This document shows positions 56,646 through 64,000 of a stretch of DNA of 64,000 nucleotides, one piece after another. The notes below the pieces were generated by a model. That model made no database searches. It saw only the letters and a program-made list of their open reading frames with translations, and was not told where the DNA came from. The position numbers and the translations under genes are program-made. Origin of the DNA: an uncultured Chloroflexia bacterium (GTDB lineage Bacteria; Chloroflexota; Chloroflexia; Thermomicrobiales; Thermomicrobiaceae). Location of the stretch: NCBI GenBank assembly GCA_963728335.1, contig CAVSJP010000009.1:5403-69402 (forward strand), read 5' to 3'. The first letter of the stretch is position 1, and each line of letters starts with the position of its first letter.

Positions 56646-57052
56646 ATGTGTGATCTGATGCTCGTCTTCGACGGCGGCTCGCTCGGCAACCCTGGCAAGG
56701 GCTACGGCAGTTTTCACCTTGCGGATCGCGATGGCTACGAGACGATCGAACGACTCGAGTTCGGCAACAACGTCACCAACAACCAGGCAGAGTACCGGAC
56801 CATGATCGCCGGGCGTCGAGGCCGCACTGAAGCGGAGCCGACATCACGGGGCGCAACCCAATGAACTAGTCGATCTGCATCAAGACCGACAGCAAACTCG
56901 TCGTCGAGCAGGTAAACGGCACGGTGGAAAGTCAAGCACGCCGGATCTTGCAGCCGCTCTGCTTGCGCGCACGCCAGCTTCTGGCCCAGTTCGGTCGAAA
57001 GCGACTTTCGTGGCAGCCTCGAGCCGAGACGGTGAAGTTGCTCGGGCACTGA
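56646..57052 (+). pseudogene. RNase HI-like (RNase H superfamily) gene with about 4 frameshifts
   Basis: 'LVFDGGSLGNPGKGYGSF...NNQAEYRTMIAG' is in frame 1. 'VEAALKR...PNELV' is in frame 2. 'IKTDSKLVVEQVNG' is in frame 3. A compensated pair surrounds 'WKVKHAG'. The gene then ends 'LQPLCLRARQLLAQF...WQPRAETVKLLGH*'. Confidence 0.7.
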
Positions 57053-57144
57053 CGTCCTGGTCAGGTGCTCGATCCGTGCGGTGTTCGATCGACGATTGCG
57101 GCCCCCTAAATGGCCTATGCTATACTCCGCTCGTTATTCGCAGC

Positions 57145-57220
57145 GGGCGGTTAGCTCAGTTGGTTAGAGCGCCACGTTGACATCGTGGAGGTCACTAGTT
57201 CGAGTCTAGTACCGCCCACC
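57145..57220 (+). tRNA. tRNA-Val (anticodon GAC)
   Basis: Cloverleaf read by eye: acceptor GGGCGGT/ACCGCCC, D-arm AGCTCAGTTGGTTAGAGC, anticodon stem CCACG/CGTGG with loop TTGACAT, T-arm ACTAG-TTCGAGT-CTAGT, discriminator A. No complete CCA is encoded. Confidence 0.9.
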
Positions 57221-57228
57221 CGGTAGAG

Positions 57229-57258
57229 CCGTCAACAGCCGTTGACGGTTATTTTGTT
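57229..57258 (+). terminator. Intrinsic terminator after tRNA-Val
   Basis: CCGTCAAC-agcc-GTTGACGG followed by TTATTTTGTT. Confidence 0.7.
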
Positions 57259-57324
57259 GTCCTCGACGGCGAATGCCGCGGCCACGTGAAGACGTCAGAC
57301 ACTGCGGCGCACCAGCTCCGGTCA

Positions 57325-57353
57325 TTGACTCCGTCAGACCCACCGGCTAAGAT
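57325..57353 (+). promoter_or_regulatory. Candidate sigma-70-type promoter of the thrS leader (TTGACT-N17-TAAGAT)
   Basis: Hexamers read directly from the sequence, immediately upstream of the T-box Stem I start. Confidence 0.4.
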
Positions 57354-57359
57354 TCAAAC

Positions 57360-57623
57360 AACAATTGACCCAACGCGATGATCGGGACGAGTACCCGCGT
57401 TCATGCGTCAGAGAAGCGGAGCCACCGGCTGAAAGCTCCGCACAAACAGGACTCGGCGAATACCCCCCGTGAGCAGGCTGGCGAACACGTTCGTAAGTAG
57501 CCGGACCCGGCTGCCCCCGATACCGGGCACAACGAGCGACGCGGCATCTCGATGCGCGTCGGAAGTTGGGTGGAACCACGACAGGTCAACCTGCCGTCCC
57601 TCTGGGCGGCAGGTTTTTGTTTT
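57360..57623 (+). promoter_or_regulatory. T-box riboswitch leader (threonine-specific candidate) with terminator
   Basis: Stem I base GCGATGA...GAGTA (K-turn/GA motif), AGAGA box (57410-57414) and candidate ACC specifiers (57424-26, 57462-64). The conserved T-box sequence AAGTTGGGTGGAACCACG lies at 57563-57580. It is followed by terminator AACCTGCCG-N10-CGGCAGGTT plus TTTTTGTTTT (57588-57623). Confidence 0.85.
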
Positions 57624-57739
57624 GTCACGAGAAGGGAGACGGCCATGAAGACCGGCACTACCCGCGCCGTCGTCCCAATTGGACGGCGGCGAGCTGCATG
57701 ATCACTGACGATTTACGACCATGAACGGAGATAGACACC

Positions 57740-59536
57740 ATGTCACAGATATCTGAGGAAATGGATATTCAGCTCGACGTCGATAACCAGGAGGAACTCG
57801 AACTCGCCAGGATGCGCCACTCGGCGTCGCACGTCATGGCCGAAGCCGTCCTCGAGATGTTCCCCGATGCCAAACTCGCCATTGGACCGGCCATCGAGAA
57901 CGGGTTCTACTATGATTTCGATCTTCCGCGCTCGTTGACTCCTGACGATCTGCAGGAGATCGAGGGGCGTATGGAGCGCATCAAGCAGGGAGCCTTCGAG
58001 TTCAAACGGGACGAGATCTCCCGCGAGGACGCGCTCAAGTACTTCGCCGATCAACCCTACAAGATCGAGCTCATCAATGACCTGCCCGAAGACGAGGTCA
58101 TTTCACGCTACACACAGGACACGTTCACAGATCTCTGTCGTGGCCCACACGTCGATAACTCGTCGGAGATTGGCGCGTTCAAGCTGTTGAACGTCGCCGG
58201 TGCATACTGGCGTGGCGACGAGAAGCGGCCAATGCTGCAGCGCATCTACGGTACGTCGTGGCCATCGAGGGATGCGCTCGACGCCTATCTCCAGCAGCAG
58301 GAGGAAGCTCGCAAGCGCGATCATCGCAAGCTCGGGCGCGAGCTTGGTCTCTTCTACTTCTCGGACGAGGTCGGCCCAGGCATCCCGCTGTTCACGCCGA
58401 AAGGCGAGATGCTGCGCCACCAGATGGAAGACTACGTGCGCGAGACGCAGACGCGCTACGGCTACGAGCATGTCTGGACGGGCCATCTCGTGAAGGAGAG
58501 CCTCTATCACCGGTCAGGGCACTACGACAACTACGCCGACGTCATGTTCCCGCCGATGGTTGACGAAGACGTCGCCTACCGGCTGAAGCCAATGAACTGC
58601 CCGTCGCACATGGCCCTGTACAACGAGATGGGCGTCCACTCCTACCGCGAACTGCCGTTGCGGTTCGCCGAATTCGCCACGCTCTACCGCTACGAGATCA
58701 GCGGAACGCTCTCCGGCCTAACGCGCGTCCGAGCGGTCACACAGGACGACTGCCATATCTTCTGCACGGAAGAGCAGATCCAGGAGGAGTTCAGCCGCGC
58801 ATTGCAGCTGGTCACGGAGATCCTCAAAACGTACGGGCTGACGGACTACCGGGTGCAACTGTCGCTGCCAGGCTCCGAGGGCAAGTTCGTGAACGATCCG
58901 GAGAAGTGGGACAAAGCGGTCACGGCACTGCGCCAAGCGCTGGACGCCAACAACGTGCCGTATCGGGCAGAGGAGGGCGAAGCGGCGTTCTACGGCCCGA
59001 AGGCCGATTTCATGGCCAAGGACATCTTGAACCGCGAATGGCAGCTCTCGACGATCCAGGTCGACTTCATTCAACCGTCGCGGCTCGGCTGTGAGTACAT
59101 CGGCGAAGACGGACAAGTGCACACGCCGGTCGTGCTGCACCGGGCCGTGACAGGTTCGACGGAGCGCTTCCTGGGCCTGGTGATCGAACACTTCGCCGGG
59201 GCGTTCCCGGTCTGGCTCTCACCGGTTCAGGCCGTTGTCATCCCGATTGCCGACCGCCACAACGAGTACGCACAGGAGGTTGGGCAGCGGCTCAAGGACG
59301 TTGGGATCCGCGCCAACGTCGACGATGCCAGCGACCGGATGCAGGCAAAGATTCGTCGCGCGCAGATGGAGCACACGCCGTACATGCTCGTCGTTGGCGA
59401 CAAAGAGGCCGAAAACGACGCCGTCGCGGTGCGCCTGCGCTCGAACGAGAACCTGGGCGCTAAACCGTTGGATGAGTTCATCCCTGTGATCAAGCAGGTC
59501 ATCGACAGCAAGTCGCTGGAACTGCTGCCAGGCTAG
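57740..59536 (+). CDS. thrS: Threonine--tRNA ligase (short form lacking the N-terminal TGS domain)
   Basis: The editing/SAD domain begins at residue ~25 ('RHSASHVMAEAV'), followed by 'GAYWRGDEKRPMLQRIYG'. Class II motifs are present ('RLKPMNCPSH', 'RYEISGTLSGLTRVR', 'GSTERF'), as is an anticodon-binding domain. Confidence 0.95.
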   Translation: MSQISEEMDIQLDVDNQEELELARMRHSASHVMAEAVLEMFPDAKLAIGPAIENGFYYDFDLPRSLTPDDLQEIEGRMERIKQGAFEFKRDEISREDALKYFADQPYKIELINDLPEDEVISRYTQDTFTDLCRGPHVDNSSEIGAFKLLNVAGAYWRGDEKRPMLQRIYGTSWPSRDALDAYLQQQEEARKRDHRKLGRELGLFYFSDEVGPGIPLFTPKGEMLRHQMEDYVRETQTRYGYEHVWTGHLVKESLYHRSGHYDNYADVMFPPMVDEDVAYRLKPMNCPSHMALYNEMGVHSYRELPLRFAEFATLYRYEISGTLSGLTRVRAVTQDDCHIFCTEEQIQEEFSRALQLVTEILKTYGLTDYRVQLSLPGSEGKFVNDPEKWDKAVTALRQALDANNVPYRAEEGEAAFYGPKADFMAKDILNREWQLSTIQVDFIQPSRLGCEYIGEDGQVHTPVVLHRAVTGSTERFLGLVIEHFAGAFPVWLSPVQAVVIPIADRHNEYAQEVGQRLKDVGIRANVDDASDRMQAKIRRAQMEHTPYMLVVGDKEAENDAVAVRLRSNENLGAKPLDEFIPVIKQVIDSKSLELLPG

Positions 59537-59579
59537 CACTGGCACTCATCCCGACGGCCATCAACCGGTGCTGTGTCGC

Positions 59580-59607
59580 AACCCTCTCCCAGCTTTGGGA
59601 GAGGGTT
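59580..59607. terminator. Perfect 11-bp-stem hairpin between convergent thrS and the M19 dipeptidase gene
   Basis: AACCCTCTCCC-agcttt-GGGAGAGGGTT. There is no clear U-tract. It may act bidirectionally or be a REP-like unit. Confidence 0.55.
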
Positions 59608-59644
59608 GTTCGCACGTTAGGGGAGATGGGGAAACCGGTGAGGG

Positions 59645-60625
59645 CTACCCCACCCACACGTCTTTCAACACCCGAAGCCAGTTATCGCGGCAGATTTTGG
59701 CGATGGAATCTTCGTCGTAGCCGCGGCGATCCAACTCTTCGACGATGGCCCAGTCATGCGCCGCGTCTTTGAGCGCCTCCGGCACACCGGCTCCGTCATA
59801 ATCCGAGCCGAGCGCGACGTGGTCGATACCGACCAGGTTAACGATGTGGTCGATGTGGTCGACCAGCACGCTCAGTGGCACGTCAGAACTTTTCTGAGCG
59901 CCTTCGACGAGGAAGCCGGTCGCGTAATTGATACCCATGAGTCCGCCCTTTTCGGCCAGCGCCTTGATCTGCCGGTCCGTCAAATTGCGCTCGTGAGCGC
60001 AGACTGCACGAGCATTGGAGTGGCTGGCGACAAACGGCTTGCTGCTGGTCTCGATCACGTCCCAGAACCCCGGCTCGTTGAGGTGCGACACGTCGAGGAG
60101 AATACCCATCTCGTTGCATTGCTTGACCAACTCGCGCCCGAGTCCGGTCAGCCCCTTGCCGGTATTCTGCGGGCCGACTCCCTCAGCGAAGATCGTCGGG
60201 CGGCTCCAGACGAGCCCTAGCGACCGCAGTCCAAGCTCATAGGAGAGACGCAGGACCGCGAAATTCGGATCGATCGCCTCCGCGCCCTCGTAATGCAGGA
60301 TGGCGCCGAAGACTTTCCGCTCCAGGCAACTCACCAGTTGATCGTAGGATCGCACCTGCTCCATCTGGCCGTTTGACTGTGCGGCGGTCCGCTTGAGGAG
60401 ATCCACCGCGCGCAGCGTCTCAATGAGCGCATGCTCAGGCAACAAGTCGCTCGGAATGAAGACGGCGCTGATCATCGCGCCAATGTTCCCCTTGCGCGCC
60501 CGCGGAAGGTCGACGTGACCGATGTCGGTCTCGTCGATGAAACTGCGTCCGGTTTTGGTCAAGGACAGGAGGTAGTCGGTGTGGCCGTCGATAATCGGAA
60601 TTGACCGAAGCGCTTCAGCAGACAT
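59645..60625 (-). CDS. M19-family membrane (renal-type) dipeptidase
   Basis: 'IIDGHTDYLL', 'HYEGAEA', 'DVSHLN', 'ASHSNARA' and 'GSDYDG' motifs. ATG 60625 is preceded by GAGGGGAG. Confidence 0.9.
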   Translation of the reverse strand: MSAEALRSIPIIDGHTDYLLSLTKTGRSFIDETDIGHVDLPRARKGNIGAMISAVFIPSDLLPEHALIETLRAVDLLKRTAAQSNGQMEQVRSYDQLVSCLERKVFGAILHYEGAEAIDPNFAVLRLSYELGLRSLGLVWSRPTIFAEGVGPQNTGKGLTGLGRELVKQCNEMGILLDVSHLNEPGFWDVIETSSKPFVASHSNARAVCAHERNLTDRQIKALAEKGGLMGINYATGFLVEGAQKSSDVPLSVLVDHIDHIVNLVGIDHVALGSDYDGAGVPEALKDAAHDWAIVEELDRRGYDEDSIAKICRDNWLRVLKDVWVG

Positions 60626-60717
60626 CTGTGCTCCCCTCTCGTGGTGGTCCGTACTCGTGTCGTGATCATCGGCGGTCAACACGATTTGGACAAGGGCTGG
60701 CCCGCAATCGGCGGAGG

Positions 60718-61530
60718 CTAATCCGGCTTGCGCGCAGTGAGGTGTAGACCCGACGCCAACGTTGGTCCGCCGTAGAGCCGGTCTTCCAAGTAGGAGAGTC
60801 GCCAGCTGAAGAGGAACACGCCCCGCGCGATAAGCCCGACGGCCTTCGTCGGCAAAATCCCCGGAGCTCCAGCCGCGCGTTCCCGCTGCCAGTAATCGAC
60901 AACGTCGTGAATCTGTCCAGTCGGGTGAAAGCCAAAGCGAACGTGCGTCACCTCAAAGCCGGTCTCCCAGACGGTGCGGATCACATCGTCCGACGTGAAC
61001 TGATTGACATGGCCCACGTGATCTCGTTTCCAACGGTGTATTGGCAGCCACTCGGAATCTCTGAGCATATGGTAGAGCGTTCCAGGTTGACCTTCCAGCG
61101 GAACGAAGAAGTGCAACCGACCGCCGGGTTCGACCACGCGCAACGACTCGCACAGAAGACGCTGGTAGTCGGGCACGTGTTCGAGCAGGTCGAAGAAGAG
61201 AATGGCCGCGAATGAGTTGCCTGCAAAAGGAAGACGGCTGGCGTCGAGCGCGACATACTCGGATTCGTCGTCGGCACGTTGAGCCTCACGCAGCGCGTTG
61301 AGGCTGAGATCGCCCCCGTAGACGTCGAGATCCGGTCTGGAGCGTTTAATCGCGCGGACATAGCGTCCGGCACCGCAGCCGAGAAGCAGCACACGGCCGT
61401 AGGTATCCCCCATCGCTTCGAGCGCGTCTCTCAGGCGAAGTCCGGCCAGACTCCGGTCGTCCGCATCGACTTCGTCCCGACCTTGAATCTTGGCGGGATC
61501 CTCAATGTCGTAATTCCCGACGTGTCTCAT
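60718..61530 (-). CDS. Class I SAM-dependent methyltransferase
   Basis: 'VLLLGCGAGRY' (motif I), 'GGDLS' and 'FDLLEHV...LRVVEPGGRL'. Confidence 0.8.
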   Translation of the reverse strand: MRHVGNYDIEDPAKIQGRDEVDADDRSLAGLRLRDALEAMGDTYGRVLLLGCGAGRYVRAIKRSRPDLDVYGGDLSLNALREAQRADDESEYVALDASRLPFAGNSFAAILFFDLLEHVPDYQRLLCESLRVVEPGGRLHFFVPLEGQPGTLYHMLRDSEWLPIHRWKRDHVGHVNQFTSDDVIRTVWETGFEVTHVRFGFHPTGQIHDVVDYWQRERAAGAPGILPTKAVGLIARGVFLFSWRLSYLEDRLYGGPTLASGLHLTARKPD

Positions 61531-62357
61531 GCGTTGGACCTGAAATAGCTCACCAGCGGTTCGAGATCGCGAAGCAAGATATCTGGCTGGAGGTCGGACT
61601 CGGCAACTTCGTCAAACGACGTCACACCGGTCAAGACCATGAGTGTGATAAATCCGGCTCGCTGACCGGCCAGGATGTCGGTGTCGAGGCGATCGCCGAG
61701 CATCACCGTGGATCCTGGTTCTGTCCCCAGTAGGTGGGCTCCTTGCAGCAGCATCCCAGTCGAAGGCTTGCCGACCACCTCCGGAGTAGTGCTCGTGGCT
61801 GCCTCGAGCGCCGCGAGAAGCGCGCCCGCACCCGGAATCAGGCCCTCCTCAGTCGGAAAGGTCGTGTCCCCGTTGGTTGCCACAAATGCGGCGCCACGGC
61901 GGATCGCCAGGCACGCGATGCGAAGCTTCTCGTACGTGACCTCGAAGTCGGCGCCGGCGACGGCCACCTCGGCGTCTTTCCCCGCCTGGACAAAATAACC
62001 GTCTCCGTAGATCGCCGTTTCCAATGCCGCCATTCCAAGAACGTAGACCTTGGTGCCGCGCGGATAACGCTCCTTGAGCCAGGCCGCGGTCGCCTGACCC
62101 GACGTCTGGATGCGGTCGGCGGAAACCGTAATTCCCATCGCCGACAGCTTCTGAACATACTGCTCCGGCAGACGCGTCGAATTATTGGTCGCCAGCACGA
62201 ACGGAACACCGCGGCGTTCGAGAATGTCAAGAAAGTCGTTTACATGCGGCAGGACCGTGTCGCCTCGGTACAGGACGCCATCCATGTCGATGACGAATCC
62301 TTGCGCGCGCTTGAGCACGCCCGCCAACTCATCTGCGGTCGCGAGCTTAGCCTTCAA
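61527..62357 (-). CDS. HAD-IIA family hydrolase (NagD/PGP-like phosphatase)
   Basis: 'FVIDMDGVLYRG', 'LATNNS' and 'MLGDRLDTDILAG'. 4-nt overlap with the downstream methyltransferase start. Confidence 0.85.
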   Translation of the reverse strand: MKAKLATADELAGVLKRAQGFVIDMDGVLYRGDTVLPHVNDFLDILERRGVPFVLATNNSTRLPEQYVQKLSAMGITVSADRIQTSGQATAAWLKERYPRGTKVYVLGMAALETAIYGDGYFVQAGKDAEVAVAGADFEVTYEKLRIACLAIRRGAAFVATNGDTTFPTEEGLIPGAGALLAALEAATSTTPEVVGKPSTGMLLQGAHLLGTEPGSTVMLGDRLDTDILAGQRAGFITLMVLTGVTSFDEVAESDLQPDILLRDLEPLVSYFRSNA

Positions 62358-62535
62358 ATTTCATCCTCATTGACTCAACATCTCGACAGTGGAGCGGCAC
62401 GTTCACTCATTTCCGCTCCATCCGCGAGGATACCATAGGGATCGCACGTCACCCCGGAAAGAAACGGAATGCGAACGAACCCATGCTATACTGCCGCAGC
62501 GTATCAATGATTTCGTGCTTTTGGGAGGGGAAATA

Positions 62536-63750
62536 GTGGCCTCGACAGATGGCAAGCTCGATCCGGATGCTGCGAAGCGAGTGCTGGACCAGATCAACCA
62601 AGACGAGGTCGTCGCCTTTCTGCGTCAGCTGGTTCAGATTCCGTCGGTGAATCCGCCCGGAGACGTGCGTGACGCGATCAACGTCTGCGCCGAGAAGCTG
62701 AGGGCCGAGGGCTTCGATGTCAGCTTCGTCACCGAAGAAGAGACCAAGCCGAATATGGTCGCTGAGTTGAAGCGGGGCGACGGTCCGACGCTCCTCTTCA
62801 ATGCACACCTCGACGTGGTCCCAACTGGCCAGGAATCGGCCTGGAGCCATCCTCCCTTTGCGGCGGACCTGGCTGACGGGAAGGTCTACGGTCGCGGCGC
62901 CGGTGATGACAAGGCGAGCGTAACCGCTCAGGTGATGGGCGCCATCGCGCTCGCGCGGTCCGGCGTCAATATCAACGGTCGGCTCATTGTCAACGAAGTG
63001 GCCGACGAGGAGATCGGCGGGCGGCTTGGTGCGCAACTCATCGCCAACTCCGAATCGATCAAGCCCGACTTCGTGATCGTTGGCGAACAGACGATGAACC
63101 GCATCTGCATTGGCGAAAAGGGCGGAGCGGGAACGCGCGTGACCGTTCACGGCCGAGCCGCCCACGGCGCGCTTCCCTGGGAGGGCGTTAACGCCATCGA
63201 GGGCATGGCACGCGTTATCACGGCACTGCAGAGCGAGCTCTGGCCGGTCCTGGAGAAGCGGACCCACGACTATTTTCATCACTCCTCCGCGACGATTAGC
63301 ATGATCGACGGCGGCGTGAAGACCAATGTCGTACCGGACCAGTGCACGATCTACGTCGATCGCCGCATCATCCCGGGCGAGAAACCGGAAGACGTCGTGA
63401 CGGAGATTCGCGCGGTCGCAGAAAAGGCAGTTGCGGGTATTCCCGGCATGAAGGTTGAGGTCGACTTCGCCGGGTTCGGGGGCCGTGAGGCGATTCTGAA
63501 CGAGCCCGATAGCGAGATCGTTCAGGGAATGCTGCGAGCCAATGAGCACCTCGGGTTTGATACCAAGTTGACCGGCTTCAGCATGGGAACCGACGGACGG
63601 CACTTTGCCGAGAAGGGCGTTCCGACGATCATCTACGGGCCCGGCGATCCGGCCCTGGCGCACCAGCCGGACGAGTGGGTTGGCGTCGACGAGGTGATGG
63701 ACGCGACCAAGGCCTACGCCCTTGCCGCCCTGTCATTCCTCGGCAGCTAG
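62536..63750 (+). CDS. M20-family metallohydrolase (ArgE/DapE/acetylornithine deacetylase-like)
   Basis: 'LLFNAHLDVVP', 'GRGAGDDKAS', 'NEVADEEIGG' and 'FSMGTDGRHF'. GTG 62536 is preceded by GGGAGGGG. The track ORF starts at 62389. Confidence 0.85.
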   Translation: MASTDGKLDPDAAKRVLDQINQDEVVAFLRQLVQIPSVNPPGDVRDAINVCAEKLRAEGFDVSFVTEEETKPNMVAELKRGDGPTLLFNAHLDVVPTGQESAWSHPPFAADLADGKVYGRGAGDDKASVTAQVMGAIALARSGVNINGRLIVNEVADEEIGGRLGAQLIANSESIKPDFVIVGEQTMNRICIGEKGGAGTRVTVHGRAAHGALPWEGVNAIEGMARVITALQSELWPVLEKRTHDYFHHSSATISMIDGGVKTNVVPDQCTIYVDRRIIPGEKPEDVVTEIRAVAEKAVAGIPGMKVEVDFAGFGGREAILNEPDSEIVQGMLRANEHLGFDTKLTGFSMGTDGRHFAEKGVPTIIYGPGDPALAHQPDEWVGVDEVMDATKAYALAALSFLGS

Positions 63751-63762
63751 TCGCCGCACGGG

Positions 63763-63790
63763 GCCGCCGGATCCGTCGCGATCCGGCGGC
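63763..63790. terminator. Perfect 11-bp inverted repeat between convergent genes
   Basis: GCCGCCGGATC-cgtcgc-GATCCGGCGGC followed by TGCTTCTG. Confidence 0.55.
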
Positions 63791-63800
63791 TGCTTCTGTC

Positions 63801-64000
63801 TCACACGGGGACTTCAGGGCCACGCTCCACCGGTCGCCGCCGCTGACGCCGCGCCAGGAACACCAGACCCGTCACCAGTGCCAGTGGCCAGAACCACCAC
63901 AGGAAGACCGTCGTCTTCACCAGAACCGTGAGAACGCCACCGGTAAATGCCAGTGACGACTTCCACGCATCATGGACAGCCTGTCCGAGGTCGGTTCCGC
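63801..64000 (-). CDS. C-terminal end of an unidentified membrane-anchored protein (partial; continues beyond the window end)
   Basis: The minus frame is open from the window edge: ...GTDLGQAVHDAWKSSLAFTGGVLTVLVKTTVFLWWFWPLALVTGLVFLARRQRRRPVERGPEVPV*. It contains two hydrophobic helices. The stop TGA is at 63803-63801. Confidence 0.45.
   Translation of the reverse strand, partial: GTDLGQAVHDAWKSSLAFTGGVLTVLVKTTVFLWWFWPLALVTGLVFLARRQRRRPVERGPEVPV

Overview
High-GC (roughly 60%) bacterial chromosomal segment, densely packed with housekeeping genes. I call about 55 protein genes, one tRNA-Val(GAC), a T-box leader in front of thrS, several hairpin terminators and one palindromic REP/MITE-like element. 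The gene content includes a T-box on an aaRS gene, clpC-radA synteny, a DPPR-synthase-like UbiA enzyme, DksA-lspA-rluD, and many peptidases. This fits a Terrabacteria genome, perhaps Chloroflexota/Thermomicrobia-like, but that placement is inference only. I found no CRISPR array, IS element, prophage or recognisable defence island, and I cannot honestly point to a convincing novel multi-gene system. The oddest feature is a set of strictly local frameshifts in otherwise well-conserved genes. A 4.5-kb block (52.56-57.05 kb) breaks coaX, an M42 peptidase, an EF-G2-like GTPase and an RNase HI-like gene about 20 times. A glycerate-kinase gene (8.55-9.88 kb) is broken 5 times, and hisS once. All neighbouring genes are intact. 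Other points of interest are the thrS T-box with a small ORF behind its terminator, a DnaC/IstB-like protein with degenerate Walker motifs, an ECF sigma/anti-sigma pair with a large extracytoplasmic domain, a PIG-L deacetylase/GT4 divergent pair, and a DPPR-synthase-like gene outside an actinobacterial context. Many track ORFs begin at GTG/TTG (shown as M) and are over-extended at the 5' end. I trimmed starts where an SD-like motif or a neighbouring gene on the other strand supported it. All calls come from reading translations and motifs by eye; no searches were run.
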